IMG/VR virus record: IMGVR_UViG_3300020401_000014
Span: 1 to 64,000 of that record
Source of the DNA: a virus
Length of the DNA stretch: 64,000 nucleotides
Direction: 5' to 3' (one strand)
Part shown: positions 9,117 through 16,571 of the stretch, one piece after another
Position numbering within the stretch: position 1 is the stretch's first letter
How the letters are laid out: the number at the start of each line of letters is the position of its first letter
Position numbers and translations under genes: made by a program
The notes under the pieces: generated by a model
What the model was told of the DNA's origin: nothing
Database searches by the model: none
What the model saw: only the letters and a program-made list of their open reading frames with translations

Positions 9117-10176
9117 GAAGAAAGTATTTTTATCAGCTAGCAGAATCAAAACTGCTCAGCAGTGCTCTTGGCTTTATTGGTGCAAGTATATACTCAAACT
9201 TCCAGATAAAAGCAACGACGGGGCGTCAAAAGGATGGATATGCCATTTAGTTTTTGAGGTATTAGGAAAAGAAAGAAGAAAAAAGCACTTTGATACAATC
9301 ATTAAAAATCAAAGCATATGGTCTGTAGAATCAATTAAAATTATGGTTCATAATCATGCTAAAAAATTAAATGTTTTTGATAGTGAGAACCTAGAAGATA
9401 TAGATAGAATGGTTGTCAACGGATTGAATTATGATTTTTTCGGTGAAGATTACGGCCCAATGAATGAATCTTTTTCTGAAAAAGAATTCAATCTCGAAAT
9501 AGACGAAAACGGCAAGAAGTATAACATGAGAGGTTTTATAGATAAACTGTTTTTATACTCAGATGGTTCTGCAATAATAAGAGATTTTAAATCAAGTAAG
9601 CAAAAATTTAAAGGTAAAGAAATTACAGACAACATGCAAGACTTAATGTATTGCTTGGCTATTAAAAAATTATACCCTAAATACAAAAGCATTAGTGAAT
9701 TTTTATTTTTAAAATTTGATCTAGAAAAAGACATGCTTGGAGAACCTGGTGCTGGAGTTATTAAGATGGATGAAATATCAGACGATATGCTTGAGGGTCT
9801 AGAGTACGAACTTACTGGCATGCAAAATTACCTAGAAAAATTTTCCGAAGATAACGCAAGATCTAGTTTTGCATCAAACCAAGGCTATCCCAAAGATGGT
9901 ACGTTTGGTGGTCCTCTTTCTTGCGGCAAAGATGGATACAAAATGTCTAAAGGCGAACCCGTGCTAGATAAGTCTGGAAATCCAATCAAGGCTTTTATAT
10001 GTCAATTTAGAAAACCAATGGATTATTTTGTTCTAATAGATAATGACGGATCAATTAAAAAAAGTGTATTTGAAGGGGAAGAGCACCTGCTTAATGAAAT
10101 TAAAAAAGAAGATGAAATTATCGAAAAAAGACATTACGAAGGATGTCCTGCATGGAACTGTGGTCACGAGCTATGA
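9109..10176 (+). CDS. PD-(D/E)XK (RecB-like) exonuclease
   Basis: LSASRIKTAQQCSWLYW, RGFIDKL, IRDFKSSK, QDLMY. Confidence 0.8.
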   Translation: MSKKKVFLSASRIKTAQQCSWLYWCKYILKLPDKSNDGASKGWICHLVFEVLGKERRKKHFDTIIKNQSIWSVESIKIMVHNHAKKLNVFDSENLEDIDRMVVNGLNYDFFGEDYGPMNESFSEKEFNLEIDENGKKYNMRGFIDKLFLYSDGSAIIRDFKSSKQKFKGKEITDNMQDLMYCLAIKKLYPKYKSISEFLFLKFDLEKDMLGEPGAGVIKMDEISDDMLEGLEYELTGMQNYLEKFSEDNARSSFASNQGYPKDGTFGGPLSCGKDGYKMSKGEPVLDKSGNPIKAFICQFRKPMDYFVLIDNDGSIKKSVFEGEEHLLNEIKKEDEIIEKRHYEGCPAWNCGHEL

Positions 10177-10565
10177 ACGTAGCAACATTTGTAACATTTA
10201 AAAACCTTGTTATACTTTGTAGGAGAATTGATTTTTGCCCTATAAACAAAGTCAAAGTTCCATTCGGAGGTTTTTGGTCGCCATTTTGCGGTGCTATAGA
10301 ATCTGGAGAAGATCCTGAAATGGCTGCAGCCAGAGAGGTTTGGGAGGAATCTAAAATATGGGTAAACGAAAAAGATCTAATACCTATTGAACAACTAGAC
10401 GATATATATGTATTTGAATACAAACTAAAAGAAATGGAACCTGTTGAATTAAATTTTGAACATACTGAATATGGATACTTTAAGATATCACAATTAAATT
10501 GTCAACCAGAACCAATAGATCAGAGAATGTGTAATATCATTATGGAAAGACACAATGAAAACTAA
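10173..10565 (+). CDS. NUDIX hydrolase
   Basis: Nudix box GAIESGEDPEMAAAREVWEESKI; start taken at the ATGA overlap with the upstream stop. Confidence 0.85.
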   Translation: MNVATFVTFKNLVILCRRIDFCPINKVKVPFGGFWSPFCGAIESGEDPEMAAAREVWEESKIWVNEKDLIPIEQLDDIYVFEYKLKEMEPVELNFEHTEYGYFKISQLNCQPEPIDQRMCNIIMERHNEN

Positions 10566-12603
10566 ATTAATATTATTTTTTTTACTTTGCTCTGCTTCTT
10601 ATGCAGATAAGTTATATTTTAATAACGGTAAAGTATTAGACGCAAAAATACTTGAGGCAAACGAAACCCACGTAAAAATTCAAAGGGCTAGCGACCTGCA
10701 ACAGTTTAGAATTAAAAGTGAAATGTTGACCCAAGACACTCGAAAGCAAATCGAACTCTATCATAGCGAAAACAGGTACGGCTCAATACCGTCTGTAAAA
10801 ACACCCCTAGACCAAAGAACATTAAGAAATTATTCAGGCTATATAGATGAACTTATAGAACAGAATTTGAGGTCAAAAAGAATATCCAAAACAAGAGAGA
10901 TTGATGATGAAACATACGCAAGAAGGCTTTACCTCACATTAGCTGGAAGAATCCCGACTCAATCTGAGTTAGAAAAATTTTTTGATGATCGCGATAGTAA
11001 TAAAAAAGATAAACTTATTCAAGAACTTCTTAATTCAGAAAGCTACGTAAATCACCAGATGAATTGGTGGAGCGACATGCTCAGAATTAAAGATAGAATC
11101 AATGGCGCGAATATAAATGTTGGTGGTGTTTATAGAGAATGGTTACGAAATTCTCTAAGAGAAAATAAGCCTTATGACAGAATAGTAAAAGAACTTATCG
11201 CTAGTTCAGGTAGAATTTTTGAAGATAAAGAAAGCGCGGCTGTAAGTTATTTTTTAAGAGACAGAGGCATGCAAGAAGACAACCTTTCTCATACAATTAG
11301 AATTTTTCTAGGCACAAGACTGCAATGCGCAATGTGCCATGATCACCCTTTTGATCGCTGGACTCAAAAAGAATTTTATGAAATGACCGCATTTACTTCG
11401 GGCATAGGTAATGTAAGAATTAATTCTGCAAACAAACAAGTTGGCGCTTTGAGTAGGTCAATCAGTGAAGATGCAGATTCAAGAGCGGGACTTTTTAATA
11501 ATTGGAGAAATCAAATTAGAGATTCGCTAGCTTTTGGAATAGAAAATAATGGCACTGGACAAATTAAATTACCACGGGATTTTGCTGAACTCAATGGTAA
11601 ACCTGGCGATACAGTATATGCAAAGGCCATTTTTACTCCAAAACCTGTTTTTGACCCAAAGGCTTCTGATCCACAAAGTAGAACAATTTTGGCGGAATGG
11701 ATTACCAGCAAGGACAACCCTAGGTTCACCACAATGATTGCTAACAGAATTTGGAAGCAAATATTTGGTGCGGGACTAATAGAACCAATAGATACTATGT
11801 CAGACAAAACTCTTGCTAGCAATGAAGATTTGATGAAATACCTAGAAAGATTAATGGTTAGTGTTAATTATGACTTGAGAGAATATAAACGAATACTATT
11901 AAATACAAAATTATTTCAAAGAGCATCGAAGCAACAGGACTATAAAAGCCTTGAAGAGTATAGTTTCGAAGGCCCAATACTCAGAAGAATGACAGGAGAG
12001 CAACTGTGGGATTCTTTAGTCACATTAGTTTATAATGATATCGATGAGCCTGAAAGAGCCTATTTTCATAATCAACAGGATTATTCTCCAATATTCTTTA
12101 GATATAAAGACATGAACGGAAGCGCCATATATCAAGATATTAAAAAACTAGCCGACGAAAATCCAGGTGAGCGCAACTTTTTGAAGCTTGTTAGTACTTC
12201 TAGCGACACATACAATAAAAAGTTTCCAGATAGACACCTAGTAAGGAGCAGCTATCTTCCTTCCCCCGCGCCAGGAGGGCATCTTATTCGCCAGTTTGGA
12301 GGTTCTGATAGAGAACAAATAGACAATAGCAGTAGTGAGCCAAATACACCTCAAGTATTAAATTTATTAAATGGTTTTGTGGAGTCTAATATTTTAAGAA
12401 AAAAAGATGCAGATTTCATGGAGCAAATGCAGTCCGAAAAAGCAAAAACAAAACAAATTGAAAGTGTATTTTTGTCTATACTATCCAGAAAACCAACCTA
12501 TCAAGAATTTAACTCACTAAAAAGAATAATAGACGAACCAGATGGTTTTAAACATGTATCTTGGATATTACTCAATTCACATGAGTTTATTTTTATTAAG
12601 TAA
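10555..12603 (+). CDS. Secreted DUF1549 (PSCyt2) + DUF1553 (PSD1) protein with a c-type heme motif
   Basis: Signal peptide; SHD1-like N-domain; ARRLYLTLAGRIPT; FLGTRLQCAMCHDHPFDRWTQKEFY (CxxCH at 11326-11340); LAEWITSKDNPRF...NRIWKQIFGAGLIEPID; WILLNSHEFIF C-terminus. Confidence 0.85.
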   Translation: MKTKLILFFLLCSASYADKLYFNNGKVLDAKILEANETHVKIQRASDLQQFRIKSEMLTQDTRKQIELYHSENRYGSIPSVKTPLDQRTLRNYSGYIDELIEQNLRSKRISKTREIDDETYARRLYLTLAGRIPTQSELEKFFDDRDSNKKDKLIQELLNSESYVNHQMNWWSDMLRIKDRINGANINVGGVYREWLRNSLRENKPYDRIVKELIASSGRIFEDKESAAVSYFLRDRGMQEDNLSHTIRIFLGTRLQCAMCHDHPFDRWTQKEFYEMTAFTSGIGNVRINSANKQVGALSRSISEDADSRAGLFNNWRNQIRDSLAFGIENNGTGQIKLPRDFAELNGKPGDTVYAKAIFTPKPVFDPKASDPQSRTILAEWITSKDNPRFTTMIANRIWKQIFGAGLIEPIDTMSDKTLASNEDLMKYLERLMVSVNYDLREYKRILLNTKLFQRASKQQDYKSLEEYSFEGPILRRMTGEQLWDSLVTLVYNDIDEPERAYFHNQQDYSPIFFRYKDMNGSAIYQDIKKLADENPGERNFLKLVSTSSDTYNKKFPDRHLVRSSYLPSPAPGGHLIRQFGGSDREQIDNSSSEPNTPQVLNLLNGFVESNILRKKDADFMEQMQSEKAKTKQIESVFLSILSRKPTYQEFNSLKRIIDEPDGFKHVSWILLNSHEFIFIK

Positions 12604-12608
12604 GTGTA
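12604..12608 (+). promoter_or_regulatory. GTGTA upstream motif
   Basis: GTGTATATAATTTATT-ATG before the DUF1501 gene; another copy at 10529-10533 precedes the partner gene. Confidence 0.55.
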
Positions 12609-12619
12609 TATAATTTATT

Positions 12620-13888
12620 ATGAACGAATTAAGCAGAAGAGATTTTGTAGCGGGCCTTGCTAAAGGTTTTCTAGGAGTTAACGCTATTTTTGGCGCTAAA
12701 GATCTTTTAGCATTGAACACACCAGATGTTGTTCCAACGGCTAAAAGCGTCATTTTTCTATACATGTCTGGAGGAATGACACATATTGACACATTTGACC
12801 CAAAACCTGAAAACGGAGACGTAATGGGTGAAACAGAAGCAATCAGTTCTTCTGCAGATGGCATACAGCTTGGTCACTGGCTACCCGAAACAGCCAAACA
12901 AATGCATAGAGCTTCTTTACTACGCTCGCTAAATACCAATCAAGGTGCTCATGAGCAAGCAAATTATCTTTTGCACACAAGCTACCAAAAAAGAGGAACC
13001 ATCATTCACCCAACCCTAGGAAGTTGGATTACAAAAATGAGAGGCAACTTAAACCCTACACTCCCAGCAAATGTCAGAATAAACGGCGGAAGTAACATAC
13101 TTGGCGCAGGATATTTTGAAAAAAAATACGGCCCACTTCCACTAGGAAACCCAAGTGCAGGAATACAAAATGTAAAAAAAGCAGATTATATTGGGAAAGA
13201 TTTATATGATGAAAGGTTGGATTTAACAAAAACTTTTAATAGAAAATTCTCTTCTGAGTTTCCTCAAAAAAGAGTTCGAGCATATACCGACCTTTATGAC
13301 GATGCAATAAAACTCATGCAAAGTAAAGACCTAGAGGCCTTTGATTTAACAAAAGAAAGTCAAGAAATGAGAGATGCGTACGGAGATAATAACTTCGGGC
13401 AAGGATGTCTTTTAGCTAGAAGGCTGGTTGAAAACAACGTTCGCTTTATAGAAGTAATTTTAGGTGGATGGGACATGCATAATGATGTCTTTGGTAATCT
13501 CGAAACTAGAGGCGCAACTTTAGACCAAGGATTATCTATGCTTTTAAAAGACCTAGACTCAAGAGGTTTGCTGTCAGAAACCATGGTTGTGGTAGCTAGT
13601 GAATTCGGAAGAACCCCAGAGGTTAAACCAGGCAGGGTTGGAAGAGACCACCACCCATCTTCTTTTAGCGCCTTACTTGCAGGAGGAGGGATTAAAAGTG
13701 GATTTGTGCATGGAGAATCAGATGAAAGAGCGCATTACGTCGAAGAAGGAGGCGTAGGCATGGAAGACCTTAATGCTACGATTGCTTTTGCAATGGGATT
13801 AGATACCAGAAAAATAACATACTCTCCAGGTGGTAGACCTTTCAAGGTTGCGCACGATGGAAAAATAATCAGAGAACTTTTATCTTAA
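12620..13888 (+). CDS. Tat-exported DUF1501 protein (alkaline phosphatase/sulfatase clan)
   Basis: Twin-Arg SRRDFV; VIFLYMSGGMTHIDTFDPKP; FGQGCLLARRLVE; GWDMH; SEFGRTP; GRDHHP. Confidence 0.88.
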   Translation: MNELSRRDFVAGLAKGFLGVNAIFGAKDLLALNTPDVVPTAKSVIFLYMSGGMTHIDTFDPKPENGDVMGETEAISSSADGIQLGHWLPETAKQMHRASLLRSLNTNQGAHEQANYLLHTSYQKRGTIIHPTLGSWITKMRGNLNPTLPANVRINGGSNILGAGYFEKKYGPLPLGNPSAGIQNVKKADYIGKDLYDERLDLTKTFNRKFSSEFPQKRVRAYTDLYDDAIKLMQSKDLEAFDLTKESQEMRDAYGDNNFGQGCLLARRLVENNVRFIEVILGGWDMHNDVFGNLETRGATLDQGLSMLLKDLDSRGLLSETMVVVASEFGRTPEVKPGRVGRDHHPSSFSALLAGGGIKSGFVHGESDERAHYVEEGGVGMEDLNATIAFAMGLDTRKITYSPGGRPFKVAHDGKIIRELLS

Positions 13889-14634
13889 TGAAAAAATACA
13901 TTAAAAAAATAGATATGTCTGAAGAAATTCGGGCGGCACTTGAAGAGGAAGAGGGTTTTGAAGAAAATATTAGTGAAGAAGCTTTTGCCGAAGAAAAAAA
14001 CAAAGGCAAGAAACTAAACAAACCGTTCAGGACGCCAGGCGGACCTAAGAAATTTTCGGTTTATGTAAAAAATGAAAAGGGCAATGTAGTCAAAGTAAAC
14101 TTCGGGGATCCAAATATGGAAATTAAACGTGACGATCCAGCCAGAAGAAAATCTTTTAGAGCAAGGCACAACTGCGCGAACCCAGGTCCAAAAACTAAAG
14201 CCAAGTATTGGTCTTGTAAAATGTGGAGCAAAAAACCCGTAAGCAAAGTGTCCAGTAGTGTGGATTTTGAAGATGACATTCTAGACATGATCGATGAGTC
14301 GGAAGCTGAAATGTCTAACTACGCTTTCGACAATCCCGGAGAAGCAATGAAGGCTGCCAAAAAATTAGGTTTTGATAAGGTTCACGAGCATAAGGTTGGA
14401 GGAAAATCAATGTTCATGCCTGGCCCAAACCACGAAGCACTTGTAAAAAAGCTTAAGGAAAAAGGCAAGACCAAGGAAGAATCCGATAGTAAGAAAGGCC
14501 TTTGGCATAATATTCGCGAAAAGAAAAGACGCATGGGTAAAAATTATCGCCCAGCAAAACCTGGAGATAAAGATCGCCCAGATGCCAAGTCGTGGAAAAA
14601 AGCACAAGGACCCAAAAAGAAAAAGAAAAAATGA
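13888..14634 (+). CDS. Highly basic mosaic phage protein
   Basis: KLNKPFRTPGGPKKFSVYVKN...FGDPNMEIKRDDPARRKSFRARHNC...YWSCKMW module recalled from marine phages, plus HEH...MPGPNH and GLWHNIREK modules; poly-Lys tail. Confidence 0.7.
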   Translation: MKKYIKKIDMSEEIRAALEEEEGFEENISEEAFAEEKNKGKKLNKPFRTPGGPKKFSVYVKNEKGNVVKVNFGDPNMEIKRDDPARRKSFRARHNCANPGPKTKAKYWSCKMWSKKPVSKVSSSVDFEDDILDMIDESEAEMSNYAFDNPGEAMKAAKKLGFDKVHEHKVGGKSMFMPGPNHEALVKKLKEKGKTKEESDSKKGLWHNIREKKRRMGKNYRPAKPGDKDRPDAKSWKKAQGPKKKKKK

Positions 14635-14675
14635 GCTATAATAAAAAAAAGAAAAAGGGAACCAAGAGTAAGTAG
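14631..14675 (+). CDS. Putative 14-aa basic micropeptide MSYNKKKKKGTKSK
   Basis: ATGA overlap with the upstream stop; ends just before the next promoter; not in the ORF track. Confidence 0.35.
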   Translation: MSYNKKKKKGTKSK

Positions 14676-14683
14676 TTAATTTC

Positions 14684-14712
14684 TTGACATTTAACTCAAA
14701 ATCATATATACT
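14684..14712 (+). promoter_or_regulatory. sigma70-type promoter
   Basis: TTGACA-17nt-TATACT, 11 nt before ATG 14724. Confidence 0.8.
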
Positions 14713-14723
14713 TAAACCTATAT

Positions 14724-15449
14724 ATGATACCAATATTTACAACTCATTACAGTATAGGTAAAAGCATATTAACGCTAGATGAACCTTCAGACTCAAAAGA
14801 AGGATCTTCTAGCGTTTTTGCTTTGGCAGAAAAAGCGAATCTAGACCAAGTCGTTTTAGTAGAAAACTCTATGACAGGATTTCCAGAGGCTTTTTCAACT
14901 TCCAAAAAACTAGGTGTACAACTTATTTTTGGATTAAAAATTAGAGTGGACAAGCAAGGGCACAAGTGCATTGTATTTGCTAAAAACTCTGATGGTTGCC
15001 AAAATCTAAACGAAATATATAGCGCATCAAATGCATCTGCAGAAAACATTACTGTCCAAAAACTAAAAGATATATGGAGCGATAGCTTAATAATGGCAAT
15101 ACCATTTTATGATTCGTTCTTATATAAAAACACAATGTCTTTTGATACATGCACGCCTAATTTAAAATTTTTCAATCCAGTATTCTTCTTAGAACAAAAT
15201 GACCTACCCTTCGATCAATTAATTAGATCAAAGGTGTTAGACTATTGCGCCTCAAATAACTTCAGAACAGAAGAGTGCAAGTCAATCAAGTATGAATCTC
15301 GCCAAGACGTCGAAGCATTCCAAACGTATCAATGTATTTGTAATAGAAAATTTGGCCAAAAAAGCTTATCTAATCCTGGTCTAGATCACTTTGGTAGCAA
15401 CGAGTTTAGTTTCGAATCCTTTTTAGAGCATGAAGCACAACCTTTTTAA
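14724..15449 (+). CDS. Stand-alone PHP domain of DNA polymerase III alpha
   Basis: IFTTHYSIGKSIL, VLVENSMTGF, QLIFGLKI, IVFAKNSDGCQNL resemble the DnaE N-terminal PHP with degenerate metal ligands. Confidence 0.7.
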   Translation: MIPIFTTHYSIGKSILTLDEPSDSKEGSSSVFALAEKANLDQVVLVENSMTGFPEAFSTSKKLGVQLIFGLKIRVDKQGHKCIVFAKNSDGCQNLNEIYSASNASAENITVQKLKDIWSDSLIMAIPFYDSFLYKNTMSFDTCTPNLKFFNPVFFLEQNDLPFDQLIRSKVLDYCASNNFRTEECKSIKYESRQDVEAFQTYQCICNRKFGQKSLSNPGLDHFGSNEFSFESFLEHEAQPF

Positions 15450-15933
15450 TTCAAATAAAATAAAAATAGATCAATCGAAAATTTCCGGAAGAGGTGTGTT
15501 TGCTAAAGAAGCCATGGGGCCTGCGGAAATCATAGAGCAATGCCATTTTATAATTCCAGATGCAGAATATGGAGGCAAGGATAAAAATTTATTAAGGTAT
15601 ATGTTTTCTTTCTTCAGTAAAGACCAAGAACAAAAGGTACAAAAGGCCAGAACTAAACTGGACTTAGCAAAGCTTTTAGCTTTTAACGAAGACTTTAAAG
15701 AGCGTGCTGCAGACTTTATAGAGTTAGGTTACAACGAGCTATCTGGACTTATGTCTCAAGCTGTTGTACTGGGTCACGGAATGATATACAACCACTCGCA
15801 AGATCCTAATGTTGGTTTTCAATTCAATGAAAAATGCTTTTGTTTTGATTATTTCACATTAACAGACATCAATAAAGATGAAGAACTATTTATCAATTAT
15901 GGTAATACAGATTTAAGAGAAGATATAACATGA
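15430..15933 (+). CDS. SET-domain protein (putative lysine methyltransferase)
   Basis: SKISGRGVFAKE, GHGMIYNHSQDPN, DINKDEELFINYG. Confidence 0.85.
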   Translation: MKHNLFNSNKIKIDQSKISGRGVFAKEAMGPAEIIEQCHFIIPDAEYGGKDKNLLRYMFSFFSKDQEQKVQKARTKLDLAKLLAFNEDFKERAADFIELGYNELSGLMSQAVVLGHGMIYNHSQDPNVGFQFNEKCFCFDYFTLTDINKDEELFINYGNTDLREDIT

Positions 15934-16571
15934 AAGAAGAACTATTAAGATTTAATAAAAATCAAAAATATATTATATTTGACTACGAAACTTGTAATTT
16001 AAATTTAGTTTCAACAAAAAACAAGCCATGGCAATTAGCATTTATGGTATTTCAAAATAACAAAGTGCTTGATAAAGCTGATTATATTTTAGATTGGCCT
16101 AATATCGAAGTGTCAAAAGATGCTGCAAGAATTACTGGGTTCACAAAAACAATGTACAACAAAAGAAAATCCTGCCCTAAAAAAGCTCTAGACCATTTCG
16201 AAAAATACCTTTACGATGAAGACATCATACCTCTTGGGCATAATATACTAGGCTTTGATGTTTATATTCATAACACCCACAGAAAGCTCTTGAATCTGCC
16301 ATCAGACTATTCTTATATTGGTAGATCAATTGATACCGTATGCTTAGCCAAAGCCATCAAGAAAGATATCAAAAGAAATAAAAACTCTGACTCTTTATCT
16401 TGGTTATACAAGCTACTCAACCACAGGGAAAAAGGACTAAAAACCAACCTACAGCAATGCTGCAGAGATTACGATATAGATTTTGACCCCAAGAAACTTC
16501 ACGATGCTATGTACGATATTAACAAAAATATGGAAGTCTTCCAAAAAATGCTGTGGGAGGTAGAAGTATGA
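15930..16571 (+). CDS. DEDDh 3'-5' exonuclease (DnaQ/epsilon-like)
   Basis: ExoI IFDYET, ExoII GHNILGFD, ExoIII LHDAMYD. Confidence 0.85.
   Translation: MKEELLRFNKNQKYIIFDYETCNLNLVSTKNKPWQLAFMVFQNNKVLDKADYILDWPNIEVSKDAARITGFTKTMYNKRKSCPKKALDHFEKYLYDEDIIPLGHNILGFDVYIHNTHRKLLNLPSDYSYIGRSIDTVCLAKAIKKDIKRNKNSDSLSWLYKLLNHREKGLKTNLQQCCRDYDIDFDPKKLHDAMYDINKNMEVFQKMLWEVEV

Noticed and set aside
9109-10176. Cas4/CRISPR association of the PD-(D/E)XK nuclease
   Set aside because: No repeat-spacer array or other cas gene in the window; the replication context fits a RecB-like phage exonuclease
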